From contig CAWAEX010000018.1 of the NCBI GenBank assembly GCA_963781045.1, positions 109,806 through 173,805 of the forward strand: 64,000 bases of DNA, given 5' to 3'. Source of the stretch: an uncultured Flavobacteriaceae bacterium. Its GTDB lineage: Bacteria; Bacteroidota; Bacteroidia; Flavobacteriales; Flavobacteriaceae. A program made the position numbers and the translations under genes. This document shows positions 8,646 through 18,646 of this stretch, piece by piece. How positions within the stretch are numbered: position 1 is the first letter of the stretch; each line of letters opens with the position of its first letter. Below the pieces are notes generated by a model. It saw nothing but the letters and a program-made list of their open reading frames with translations, ran no database searches and had not been told where the DNA came from.

Positions 8646-9959
8646 TTAATAGGAATCCCTAATTGTTTCTAGAACTTGCTCAATCTGTGTTTTGATAGTT
8701 GAGGTAGGCTCCATAAAATGGTTGTTCATAAAACTAAAGATTAGGGTCTTTCCTTTTTTGGTGATTATATAACCGCTGAGACAGTAGTTATTGCCCAGGG
8801 TGCCAGACTTTGCAAACACATAGGGTTCAGGATCCCCCGCATACCACTCTTCCAGGGTACCGGAAATTCCACCTGCAGGAAAAAGAGTAAACAGGCGTTT
8901 ACGGGGGATTTCCTTATAAAGTGCTTTTAGTACATAGATCATAGATCCTGGTGTAAACAGATTGTATCTGGAAAGGCCAGAACCATCTACCCATCTGGGT
9001 TTATGTTGAAGATCTGCCAGGTAGGTATCCAAAATAAATTCTCTCGTCATTGCGCCCGAAAGAGTATCTGTTAGAACAGACGAGGCTATAATAAGTAATT
9101 GCTCTGCAATAAAATTATCACTATCCTGCATCATGTATCTGTAGAGACTATCTGAGGAGATACTGTAAAGAGTCTTTCGATCGGTATCAGGGAAGGAGTC
9201 TCCTAGCGAAATAGAAGCACCAACTTCGCCTTCCAGCAACGTTTTAGTTAAGCCTGTACTATTTTTAAAAGGCAGCTGTATGGTATCTGTTCTTTTTGGA
9301 TCAAAATAAAAGGTATTGCGATCTTCTACCCGTTTAATGGATTTCGTCATAAGCCGCACACTGTCTTTAAAGTAATCGGGGATTACAGATAAGGATTTGT
9401 CTTTAAAGATAGTAATGACGTTCCCGTAAAGTGGTAGTGCCGATCTTTCCGGGGAGAAAGCACTGTCATAGTCTTCCCATGCCCAGCCAGGGCCAAATCG
9501 ATCTTCACCAAATAAACCGTTGACATACACCAAGGTTTTAAATCCTGCCAAAAATTGAACGCTACTACTATCCTGAAAATAGGGATGCAGGGCAGAAGGA
9601 TCGCCCGTTCCAGTAAAGTACAGCGTATCTTTTTGAGCAACATATTTCAATGCAGGTACAGAATCCGGAAGTATTTTTAAAGAAGTGTAGAGGGTAAAAA
9701 TTTTAGTATTGCTGGCCGGAGTAAAGTATTTATCACTATTTATTCCTATCAGGGTATCTCCAGTAATTGGATCATAGATCATGAGCCCGGTAAAATGATC
9801 ATCAAAATCCCTTAATGAGAGCGCCTCGGTCACTTTTTTCTCAAATCGCCTTTCTTTCTGAGAAGCACAACCAGCTAAATAAATGAATGCCAGCAAGATA
9901 AGACCCAATTTTATGGGTGCTTTCAGTCCTTTTAATTGATGTTTAAAAGTGTATTTCAT
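8646..9959 (-). CDS. dacB: D-Ala-D-Ala carboxypeptidase/endopeptidase (peptidase S13, PBP4-like) lipoprotein
   Basis: PASNTK (SxxK), SDN (SxN), DGSGLSRYN, AKSGTL (KTG-like); lipobox LAGC. Confidence 0.88.
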   Translation of the reverse strand: MKYTFKHQLKGLKAPIKLGLILLAFIYLAGCASQKERRFEKKVTEALSLRDFDDHFTGLMIYDPITGDTLIGINSDKYFTPASNTKIFTLYTSLKILPDSVPALKYVAQKDTLYFTGTGDPSALHPYFQDSSSVQFLAGFKTLVYVNGLFGEDRFGPGWAWEDYDSAFSPERSALPLYGNVITIFKDKSLSVIPDYFKDSVRLMTKSIKRVEDRNTFYFDPKRTDTIQLPFKNSTGLTKTLLEGEVGASISLGDSFPDTDRKTLYSISSDSLYRYMMQDSDNFIAEQLLIIASSVLTDTLSGAMTREFILDTYLADLQHKPRWVDGSGLSRYNLFTPGSMIYVLKALYKEIPRKRLFTLFPAGGISGTLEEWYAGDPEPYVFAKSGTLGNNYCLSGYIITKKGKTLIFSFMNNHFMEPTSTIKTQIEQVLETIRDSY

Positions 9960-10064
9960 CGATGATAAAGTGAAATTATCTAATATTTAACTAACCCAAT
10001 GCAATATTTAATACCTTTTTATTGTTAATTTCGATGAAACAGTCTAACTACTAAATACACATGT

Positions 10065-10262
10065 ATGGCTAGAGCTATGTTGGAGTATTACAAAACAGTA
10101 CTCCAGAAAGTTAGTTTCGATGCTAAATTATTTAGCAAGGAACTACAAAAAGCAATTTCGAAGTTATTACCTTTTGAAATTGAAGAACTTAAACACTGGC
10201 TCCGCCAGTTCATCATTGATAAACCCGAATTAAAAGATAGTTTATTATACATAAAAGCTTAA
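10065..10262 (+). CDS. Small hypothetical protein, 65 aa
   Basis: Sole ORF in its gap, followed directly by a terminator; MARAMLEYYKTVLQKVSFDAKLFSKEL resembles small helical proteins of flavobacteria. Confidence 0.75.
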   Translation: MARAMLEYYKTVLQKVSFDAKLFSKELQKAISKLLPFEIEELKHWLRQFIIDKPELKDSLLYIKA

Positions 10263-10290
10263 AAAGGGCCGCCAATTGGCGGCTTTTTTA
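10261..10290. terminator. Bidirectional intrinsic terminator
   Basis: AAAAAggGCCGCCAATTGGCGGCTTTTTT between convergent genes. Confidence 0.85.
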
Positions 10291-10314
10291 TTGCTGCGAT
10301 TTTATCATTTCCGG

Positions 10315-11256
10315 TCATTTTTGTGACAACGGACTAACAATATTTACATCCTGAAATTTTATCGCTCCCCTTACAACTGCTGCGATCACATCTCTTAAGG
10401 CATTGGTAATATGGAGCTTTAATTCCTTTTTGTGATAAATAAGACTAATCTCTCTTGCAGGGGGTGGCTCCTTAAAATACTTTAAACTAGATCTCTTACT
10501 ATCATCTAGCTCAAGGGTATTAAGATAGGGCAATAATGTCATGCCGAGTCCCTCATTCGCCAAATTCACCAAGGTTTCAAAGCTGCCGCTTTGCAATTGG
10601 AAATGTTCATCCTCCAGTTTTCTTGAGGCCTTACAAAGATTTACTACTCCATCGCGGAAACAATGGCCATCTTGAAGTAGAAGGATATCCTTGATGTCTA
10701 AATCCTCCGGCTGTATTTTATTGGCATTACGCAGGCGATGACTGGGAGGTACATATCCTACAAAGGGCTCATAATAGAGAGGACGTTCCGTAATATATTC
10801 AATATCGAGCGGAGTAGCTGCAATGCCTGCATCTAAATGACCATCTTGCAGGTTTCGGATAAGGCTCTCTGTATTTTGTTCCTTGATCACCAAATGAACC
10901 TTGGGATATTTGTTGATAAAGGTCTTTAGAAACATAGGCAATAGTGTGGGCATTACAGTAGGGATGATCCCCAGGGTAAACTCGCCTCCAATAAATCCTT
11001 TTTCCTGATCAACAATATCCTTGATCCGTTTGGCCTCATTGACAATATTCTTAGCCTGTGCAACTATCTTCTTCCCGGCCTCGGTAATGGAAATAGGTTT
11101 TTTACTGCGATCAAAAATTCGAACATCTAATTCATCCTCCAACTTTTGTACCTGCATACTCAATGTGGGTTGAGTAACAAAACTCTTTTCAGCCGCCAAA
11201 GTGAAATTCTGATATTCTGCTACAGCCAGTACATACTGTAATTGGGTAATGGTCAT
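10315..11256 (-). CDS. oxyR: Hydrogen-peroxide sensor OxyR (LysR family)
   Basis: LysR HTH (FTLAAEKSFVTQPTLS); redox Cys pair in LLQDGHCFRDGVVNLC; divergent from dps. Likely start is ATG 11256 (MTITQL). Confidence 0.9.
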   Translation of the reverse strand: MTITQLQYVLAVAEYQNFTLAAEKSFVTQPTLSMQVQKLEDELDVRIFDRSKKPISITEAGKKIVAQAKNIVNEAKRIKDIVDQEKGFIGGEFTLGIIPTVMPTLLPMFLKTFINKYPKVHLVIKEQNTESLIRNLQDGHLDAGIAATPLDIEYITERPLYYEPFVGYVPPSHRLRNANKIQPEDLDIKDILLLQDGHCFRDGVVNLCKASRKLEDEHFQLQSGSFETLVNLANEGLGMTLLPYLNTLELDDSKRSSLKYFKEPPPAREISLIYHKKELKLHITNALRDVIAAVVRGAIKFQDVNIVSPLSQK

Positions 11257-11260
11257 TCGT

Positions 11261-11296
11261 ATAGCTTTAGGCAATAAATTTATAAAAACTATCGAT
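11261..11296. promoter_or_regulatory. Putative OxyR binding site
   Basis: ATAG-N7-CAAT-N6-ATAA-N7-CGAT approximates the OxyR ATAG-N7-CTAT-N7-ATAG-N7-CTAT pattern, in the oxyR-dps spacer. Confidence 0.55.
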
Positions 11297-11356
11297 AAAA
11301 CTTATCATAATAGATAATTTTAATTCAATAAATTTATACTATAAAAATAAAAGTTT

Positions 11357-11836
11357 ATGAAATTAAATAGTATTGGACTAGATACCACGAAATCGAGAGA
11401 ATTAGGAAAGGAATTAAACATCTTATTGGCAAATTTTCAGCTTTACTACATGAATCTCAGGGGTATTCACTGGAACATAAAAGGAAAGCGTTTCTTTGAC
11501 CTGCATGTAAAGTTTGAAGAATTGTACGACGACGCCAACATAAAAGTAGATGAGGTAGCAGAACGGATACTTACATTAGGTGAAGTGCCCTTGCATACCT
11601 TTGAAGATTATATAAAGAATGCCAAAGTACCACTGGGAAAAAATGTCACTGTAGATGAAGAAGCTATTCGTCTTATTGTAGACTCCTTAACAGAGCTGTT
11701 AAAAATAGAGCGAGGAATATTAGAAGCTTCGGCAAAGGCTAATGATGAAGGGACCAATTCTATGATGAGCGACTTCATTACCCAACAGGAGAAGACCGTT
11801 TGGATGATGAAAGCCTGGCTCACGGAAGAAATTTAA
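11357..11836 (+). CDS. dps: DNA protection during starvation protein Dps
   Basis: HWNIKG..FFDLHVKFEELY, DEVAERILTLG, EKTVWMM. Confidence 0.95.
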   Translation: MKLNSIGLDTTKSRELGKELNILLANFQLYYMNLRGIHWNIKGKRFFDLHVKFEELYDDANIKVDEVAERILTLGEVPLHTFEDYIKNAKVPLGKNVTVDEEAIRLIVDSLTELLKIERGILEASAKANDEGTNSMMSDFITQQEKTVWMMKAWLTEEI

Positions 11837-11844
11837 ACAAAAAG

Positions 11845-11873
11845 AAAAGCCCACTTTTAAATGGGCTTTTTTT
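11845..11873. terminator. Bidirectional intrinsic terminator
   Basis: AAAAGCCCA-cttttaaa-TGGGCTTTTTTT between dps and the DUF2141 gene. Confidence 0.85.
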
Positions 11874-11889
11874 ATATGTTTTGTTGCTT

Positions 11890-12309
11890 TTATAAGCGGA
11901 TACTAATTTCAAGATCCTCATCAGCTACATCAAATTTGGCTGCTTCAAAAGTAGGTGGCCCCATCTGGCGTTGACTACCAGATATCCCATATTTTTCTTT
12001 AGGCATACCATTAGAATCAAAATCCATGTTTTTATTACTATTTACATCGTGCATAACCATTATGGCATAACTTCCTGGTCGTACATCCTTAAAAGTAAAG
12101 CTAAGAGAACCCTCTTTTGCCTCCATCATAACATCTGCTATTCCATTAGTTTTCATAAACGTATCTGCAGTATGGAGTCCGGCTAGAATTTCGCCACCAT
12201 CAGATAAGACATTTTCAACGGTGATCACAAGATCTACTCCATTTGTTTCCTGGGCATGGCTTAGGTTGATAAAAAGAATAAAGGCGAATAAGACTGTAAT
12301 TTTTTTCAT
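11890..12309 (-). CDS. DUF2141 exported protein
   Basis: Signal peptide from ATG 12309 (MKKITVL); PGSYAIMVMHDVNSN..D..GMPKEKYGIS, GPPTFEAAKF. Confidence 0.85.
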   Translation of the reverse strand: MKKITVLFAFILFINLSHAQETNGVDLVITVENVLSDGGEILAGLHTADTFMKTNGIADVMMEAKEGSLSFTFKDVRPGSYAIMVMHDVNSNKNMDFDSNGMPKEKYGISGSQRQMGPPTFEAAKFDVADEDLEISIRL

Positions 12310-12338
12310 GAGATATATTTTTATGGTTAATAATGCCT

Positions 12339-12409
12339 CAAAGATGTAATCTTCTACCAATGTTTATAAATAAGAATTGCTCAATTGTATAATTGTCCGA
12401 CTCAATTGT
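12339..12409 (-). promoter_or_regulatory. Putative LytTR-activated promoter of the DUF2141 gene
   Basis: Minus strand ACAATTGAGT(12409-12400)-N11-ACAATTGAGC(12388-12379)-N32-CATCTTTG(12346-12339). Confidence 0.75.
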
Positions 12410-12843
12410 TATTGAGTAGATAGAAATAGAAGTTGAAGAATATTGGTAAAATGCAGATTAGTTTAACAAGTAGATGTTGTAAAAAACAGGTCTTTTATAA
12501 AATACTAATGCCAAATAGCTTCCTAACCTATGAATAATTAACAGGTTGAATATGAACACTTTGGACAAATTCTAAGAAAAGAAAAAATCCATTTCTCGAT
12601 GAACAACACCATTTTTTAACAATTAGAGGGTCTTTCGTCGAAATTTGAACCTAAGGGATGTATTTTGGCGAAAAAAATTGTCCGCTTATCGTTCTTTTCT
12701 CACCTTGGGAGTCCAAATCTTAATTAACTATTAACCTATGTACTAGAAATTACTCCTTCTTAATTGTATGTTTTTTATTCTTGGCTAAAGGTGATCCCAC
12801 CTTGTTAAAGGAGCTATGATTTAGTGCAGAAAATACTTGTGCC

Positions 12844-14549
12844 ATGTTCTGCAATAATCTATCTATTTTCAAGGATTCTGTTTGTGTTGTCCATTTTAGG
12901 TTTTGGGCATTGATTATGTTGAGTCTTTTATTTTCGGGACACCTTTCTAGCCAGGAAGAAACACCTTATGTTTCTTACAATGTACCTTTTCAAAATCTCT
13001 TAAAATTCAATCGATTTCTGATCAACCCTACCTTTTCCACGGTCCGGGAAGATAAATCGTATATAAACTTTTTCCATAGAAGCCAGTCGGCCTATTTCGA
13101 TGATAATTATCAAAATTATTTTTTGAGTTATAGCGGTAGGATCAATGATAGAACCGGGCTTGGGATCAGTGTTTATAATCAGCAGGAAGGACTGGTCTCC
13201 AATATTGGTATCCTGACCAATTACGCTTATGGTATTCGTCTTTCCGAGAATAGCAATTTAACCTTTGGGTTGAATATTCCTTATTATCGAAGCAGCTTTG
13301 ATGAAGCAAGGGCAATTACAAATGAGGAGGATCCTGTATTGGCAGGTTTCAGTGAGAATTCTATAATTGCATTTCAGCCCGGGCTCAATCTGTCTTTCGG
13401 TAGTTTTGATGTTGGTGTTTTTGCGGAGAACATATTCGATTTTAATCTTAAAACAGGTGAACGCTCACAGAATTCAATGAAAAATCATTTTCAGCACATT
13501 TACAATATACCCGAAACTTTGAGTATGCCGATGGCATTTTGCAAGATGGCCGACTCATGCCATTAGCCAGGATACGCAAGGCAGGTGAGGAAGAACTTAT
13601 TTTTGGAGGAGGGATCATTTTAGACCTTCCTCGTCTTGGATGGATACAAGCCGGATACGACAGCTTTTACGGCGGATCTGCCGGTGCTGGATTTAATGTA
13701 AATAAGCGCTTATCTCTGGGATATAACTTCGAAAGGGGATTCTCCCAGGATATTAACAATTTTGGGATAACGCATGAGGTATCCATAGCTTATAACTTTA
13801 TACCAACTCTAACTGAGGATATGGTTCAACGAGAACCGGAACAAGAAAAAGATACGGATTACCTCGATGTAAAAAGGAGGATTAAGAAGAATAAAAATCC
13901 ACTTTTTCTGGAGATGGATAAACTTCGCAAACTGAATCGCGCTAACTATGCGGTGATCAATGAATTGATATTTAAAGTAGACTCCCTGGAAAAATCCATC
14001 AATTCTGAAATGGAACGAAGATTTGAAATGGCCGTACGTATTAACAGACGAGAATTCAACGACGCAAAAACGGCTTTTGACAATCAGCAACAGCAAGGCT
14101 TATTGGCCAAAGGAACTACTCCTAACAAGGCGGACGGGCAGCAACGCCTTAGTGATGCTATGAAACTACAAATGCGGAAGAATCTCGATTCCTTAAATCA
14201 GCTAAGCCAGCTGTCCATAGCGCCGAATAAAAAAGAGGCGACTCATTCTCTGCTTGGCAATCTGATAGGTATACCTGATGGTCACTATGTAATTGCGAAT
14301 GTTTTTGAAACTCAGGAATATCTGGATAAATTCCTTGCCGATCTCAAAAGCCAAGGTATTAAGGCGGGATATTTCAAAAATCCTATCAATGGATTTAACT
14401 ATGTGTACCTGGCGCATTATGAAGGTACTCAGGAAGACCTTGAAACAGTGAAAACTAATTTTAGAGAGAAATACGGTAATGAATTGTGGATCATGAGTGT
14501 TGAGAGAACCAATAGCTCTAGAATGGCTACCTTAAACTTTGATGATTAA
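12844..14549 (+). pseudogene. PorP/SprF family T9SS outer-membrane barrel with C-terminal coiled-coil and SPOR-like region, split by a 1-nt frameshift near 13461
   Basis: ORF1 has NRFLINPTFS, FLSYSGRIN, YAYGIRLS; ORF2 continues the barrel (LSLGYNFE...GITHEVSIAY) and ends with GHYVIANVF...NYVYL...LWIM. The second frame opens right after TGA 13458-13460. May be a sequencing error; the start codon is uncertain. Confidence 0.75.
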
Positions 14550-14611
14550 TCCAGGCCTGCCCAGCTAGTGTTGAACAGCTTTATTAACAAACGATGTTCT
14601 GGATCTCATTT

Positions 14612-14995
14612 TTAAGGTTGCAAAGTCTGATGATCTCGTTTGTTGATGATCTCAATGATCCAATAGATGAGCTGGCCAATTCCATTGGCAAATACAAATA
14701 ACAGTATCCATATAAGAAGCATGTTATTTTCCCTGAGATTAGGATTGTTGGCCGCATGAACAATATAAAAAACAAGGCTTCCGAAAGAAACGAGGATGAC
14801 CACTAGGATGAAAAGTAGGAATGCGCCTACATTTCCCAGAATTAAAGAGGCCGAATAATTTTCTGAAGCATGGTCTAATGCATCTACATTTTTCAAGATG
14901 AAGAACAAGAATAAAAAATAGGCGATCATTCCAAGAAATAGCATGGCTATAGGTCCTATAGCAAAGAATCCTTGCCAAAATTTACTTTTTAACAT
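14612..14995 (-). CDS. Small integral membrane hypothetical protein
   Basis: Three hydrophobic segments; PLDc_N-like C-terminus (LIWILLFVFANGIGQLIYW). Confidence 0.7.
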   Translation of the reverse strand: MLKSKFWQGFFAIGPIAMLFLGMIAYFLFLFFILKNVDALDHASENYSASLILGNVGAFLLFILVVILVSFGSLVFYIVHAANNPNLRENNMLLIWILLFVFANGIGQLIYWIIEIINKRDHQTLQP

Positions 14996-15055
14996 AGTAG
15001 TAATGAGTTTAAGGTTGTCTTTAAAGTTAAGTGTTTTAAATTAATTGTTCAAAGT

Positions 15056-15084
15056 AAAAAGACCCGGAAAACTCCGGGCCTTTT
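15056..15084 (-). terminator. Intrinsic terminator
   Basis: Minus strand AAAAGGCCCGGA-gttt-TCCGGGTCTTTTT. Confidence 0.8.
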
Positions 15085-15144
15085 CTATAGGTTGGTTAAT
15101 TGACGGTTTGCTTTAGTAAATACTATATTTTATGTTTTGGTGGG

Positions 15145-15915
15145 CTAATTGGAAGCAGAATAGGCCATATCTGGTCTCATTTGCCCTACGAACTCTTCGT
15201 AGCTTAATAAATTACTAATGAGATCCCACATGGTCTTTTTTCCATCCTCACCAAGCAAGACGTCGTTAGCCATGGCTTTTTGGGCATAATTTACCGCATC
15301 TCTGGCAGCAACAGCGACCATATAGAATTCACCACGAGTACCAAAACCACTGCGATAAACGCGATAATATACCTTGGATCCTTTACTGGCAAACATATCT
15401 TTTACAGCTTTCATTTTTTCCTTAACCATAGCCCTGTTACTGGGCGTTGTGTATAAATAGTGGAATTTTCTGTAGTTCTCGCCTTCCGGGGTTTGATTGA
15501 TACCCCCTGGTTGATAAGAAAGATCGTTATCTAATGTAATGACGTAATCATGTTCCACATCATAACATTTGTCCATTCTTTTGAACAGGGCATTCATATT
15601 CTCTTTCCCCATTTTTTCTGCAAGGGAAGTGAATATTGAGTTATCCAGATCGGCCATATTGTCTATAGGACCCACGTAGAGGTATCTGTTATCGGCAGTA
15701 TTGGTCACAATAAAGTTGGCTTCCTGAATATTATGTGTTTTTAAATGGCCAATTAATTCTTTACAGACGGCTTCGTAATCTGAGATCATCCCGGGTTTAA
15801 CCACATCTTCGTGTACCCAGAACGATTGATTTTTGGCCATGTCTTGTGCTATACTTCCCAGGGGTATCAACAAGATCATTGCACACAGGATTAAGGATTG
15901 TTTTAGTGTTTTCAT
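15145..15915 (-). CDS. Exported hypothetical protein, possibly a duplicated dimeric alpha/beta-barrel
   Basis: Signal peptide ending SIA-Q; two similarly patterned halves; fold is inferred. Confidence 0.65.
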   Translation of the reverse strand: MKTLKQSLILCAMILLIPLGSIAQDMAKNQSFWVHEDVVKPGMISDYEAVCKELIGHLKTHNIQEANFIVTNTADNRYLYVGPIDNMADLDNSIFTSLAEKMGKENMNALFKRMDKCYDVEHDYVITLDNDLSYQPGGINQTPEGENYRKFHYLYTTPSNRAMVKEKMKAVKDMFASKGSKVYYRVYRSGFGTRGEFYMVAVAARDAVNYAQKAMANDVLLGEDGKKTMWDLISNLLSYEEFVGQMRPDMAYSASN

Positions 15916-15965
15916 AGTTGTTCAATTAAATTAGTAAATGTTTGTTGTTACTAGGTTGTTGTGTT

Positions 15966-16478
15966 CTATTCCAGATTGGGTGGATTTAAGGTGTATCCCA
16001 ATTGTTGCAATAGGAAAAGTTCATTGTAATAAGTATCCTCCCTTATTATTCTTCCTTCTTCATTAAATCGAAAAAGTGATACTCCAGACACTTTAGCTTT
16101 CTTTCCGGTGGGCAAATACTCTGCAAATTCTCCGGTGTTAGTTCCTTCAAACGTCCAAGTCGTAACTACCTGCCTGTCTTTTTGGATCATGGTATCTATC
16201 TTGATCTTCATTGTAGGAAAGGCACGAATAAAGTTCTTTATGTATGCTTCAAATTCTTTTTGCCCGTTAGCCACAGTAATTCCGTTTAGGTTTCTGGTGA
16301 AATCTTTGGTCATCAATTCATGAATCGAAAGTATATTGTGCTTGTTCCAACAAGAATCTACGTACGTGTTAACCACTGCTTCCTGACGTTCCCTTTGATC
16401 TGTTCCTTCTTTTGAGACGGATTGGCATCCAAAAAGTCCGGTTAGTAGCAATATCGATAAAAGGATAGCACTTTTCAT
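15966..16478 (-). CDS. SnoaL-like ester cyclase family lipoprotein
   Basis: Lipobox LFGC; AFPTM, WTFEGTNTGEF..LPTGKK, LLQQLG. Confidence 0.82.
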   Translation of the reverse strand: MKSAILLSILLLTGLFGCQSVSKEGTDQRERQEAVVNTYVDSCWNKHNILSIHELMTKDFTRNLNGITVANGQKEFEAYIKNFIRAFPTMKIKIDTMIQKDRQVVTTWTFEGTNTGEFAEYLPTGKKAKVSGVSLFRFNEEGRIIREDTYYNELFLLQQLGYTLNPPNLE

Positions 16479-16682
16479 TTGGCTTAATTTCCATTGCAGA
16501 TCAAGGTGCTGAACACTTAATCTTATTGAAGTAAGGAATTAAAAAACAGATAATAAGCTATTTTGGGACGAAGCCTGACTTATACTGTCCGAGCAGGGTA
16601 GTTTACTTAGCCAGAGTTTCGAAATCATATTTTTTTGTATCTTAGGGTGCCTCATTTCCCCTTAAATGAGAAGATCTAAGAA

Positions 16683-18644
16683 ATGAGAAATCGTCTTTTT
16701 AAAGTCGTTTTGATCACCTTTTTTACCTTACTGAACGGGTTCTTTGGTATGACCCAAATTATCGACTTTGATAAGGAAAATTCCTACAAAAGAGTATTTA
16801 TTGATACCGATAATTTTGGACCTTCCTACCTGGACACACTTCAAATTGCTTACACAAAAGCTCCTACGGATTCTCTTAAATTTATGATCCTTAATGATCT
16901 GGCGTATTATTGGCATACACGCGACCTTAAAAAAGCGTATGAATTCACTAAAATTGGATTGCAAGAAGCAACCGCCAAGGATTGTATAAAATGGTTGGCC
17001 CGTTTTAGGATCACTCAAGGAGCTATTTTACTTCGAAATGAGCAATTAGATAGTGCCCAGACGGCATTAGATTTAGCACAAAACCATGTAGATCAGAAAG
17101 ACCTGCCTTTTCTATATACCCAACTGGGATATGTCTATGAAAGAAGGGGCGACCTTACAAAGGCTGCGGAATATGCTTTAAGATCACTTCGTCTTGGGGA
17201 GCAGTTAAACGACTTGCACGCCAGAGCACTTGCACATAGCGATCTAAGTAATCTTTTCTGGAAACAAGGGAAATATGACAAAGGATTAGAACAAGGTTTA
17301 CTTTCCTTGTCCTTATTTGAAACCATAGGGATGAACGATCTTGATTATGATTTTACATTGTACGTGATGGGAAATAACTATCTGGCAAACGGGGAATTAG
17401 AAAAAGCACGTACCCATTTTGAACATGCCATCGCCATAGGAGAACGATACGGATTTTATAACAATCTAAGCGATGTTTATATTTCGCTGGCCGATCTCTA
17501 TGGCAAACTAAACAAATACACTCAAGCAGAAGAAGCCGCCCTCAAGGCTATTTCTTTTAGTGAGCGACTGAATAATAATTTTATGCTGATGAGAGCCTGG
17601 TTATCCTTGGGAAAATTGCAAAACCTGCAGGGTAAATATCTATCGGCCGTAACTAGTCTTCAAAATAGCATTGACGTGGCCACGGCAGATTTTGGCGATG
17701 CTTTTTATTTAAGTGAAGCGTACCAAAATCTTGGGAGGGCCTTTGCCGGAAGCCATAGTTATAAAGAAGCTTATTTGGCCTTTGAAAGGTATGATGAACT
17801 AAAGAAAGAAGTTTTTACGGCAGAAGCGGCAGAACGCATGTCTCAGATCCAAATGGAATTTGATGTAGCAAAAAAAGAGAATACCATTCTTCTTCAAGGT
17901 ACCCAGATCAAAAAACAACAAGCCGTTCAGACATTGATAATGATTGTGTCTATTCTTCTTTTTCTATTTTTATTATTATTGTTTAAAGCTGTTAGAAATA
18001 ACAAGAGGAAGAACAAATTACTTCAGATAAAAAATGAGGAAAAAGAATTCCTACTTAAAGAGATACATCACAGGGTGAAGAATAATCTGGAGATCGTTTC
18101 CAGTCTGTTGTCCCTGCAATCTGAACAGATACACGACCCTAAGATCCGTGAGGCTATGGTGAAAAGCCAGCAACGCGTTCAAAGTATGAGTATGATTCAT
18201 CAGAAGTTGTATCAAGGAAATAGTTTGTCGCAAATAGAAATGAAGGACTATTTTCATAATTTAGGGAATCATGTCATTCAGACCTATGGCATGGGAGAAA
18301 GAATAGCAATAGAGTGCGATATGGATGTATTATACGTCGATATAGATCATGCGATCCCAATAGGACTTATTGTCAATGAACTCCTGTCTAATGCGCTTAA
18401 ATACGCCTTCCCAAACAATTCTAATGGCAAGATTTGTATTCGACTGCAAAAACATGATTCTATTTTGCACCTTGAGGTTTCAGATAATGGTATAGGTAAA
18501 AGTACCTCAAAAGAGTCGGTTGGGACTGGTTTTGGCACACAGCTTATTGCGCTGTTAACAGCCCAGTTAGATGGTGTAATGAACCTGGCAGTTGATCAGG
18601 GTACGGTAGTAACATTTGATTTTCAACTTCCTAAAGCCGCTTAG
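16683..18644 (+). CDS. TPR-sensor histidine kinase, HisKA_2/HWE type
   Basis: Signal peptide, TPR-like helices, TM helix, H-box EIHHRVKNNL, NELLSNALKYAF, DNGIG, GFGTQL. Confidence 0.9.
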   Translation: MRNRLFKVVLITFFTLLNGFFGMTQIIDFDKENSYKRVFIDTDNFGPSYLDTLQIAYTKAPTDSLKFMILNDLAYYWHTRDLKKAYEFTKIGLQEATAKDCIKWLARFRITQGAILLRNEQLDSAQTALDLAQNHVDQKDLPFLYTQLGYVYERRGDLTKAAEYALRSLRLGEQLNDLHARALAHSDLSNLFWKQGKYDKGLEQGLLSLSLFETIGMNDLDYDFTLYVMGNNYLANGELEKARTHFEHAIAIGERYGFYNNLSDVYISLADLYGKLNKYTQAEEAALKAISFSERLNNNFMLMRAWLSLGKLQNLQGKYLSAVTSLQNSIDVATADFGDAFYLSEAYQNLGRAFAGSHSYKEAYLAFERYDELKKEVFTAEAAERMSQIQMEFDVAKKENTILLQGTQIKKQQAVQTLIMIVSILLFLFLLLLFKAVRNNKRKNKLLQIKNEEKEFLLKEIHHRVKNNLEIVSSLLSLQSEQIHDPKIREAMVKSQQRVQSMSMIHQKLYQGNSLSQIEMKDYFHNLGNHVIQTYGMGERIAIECDMDVLYVDIDHAIPIGLIVNELLSNALKYAFPNNSNGKICIRLQKHDSILHLEVSDNGIGKSTSKESVGTGFGTQLIALLTAQLDGVMNLAVDQGTVVTFDFQLPKAA

Positions 18645-18646
18645 AA

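Noticed and set aside
13440-13566. Programmed ribosomal frameshift in porP/sprF
   Set aside because: No canonical slippery heptamer or obvious stimulatory structure at the junction; an indel or sequencing error is simpler.
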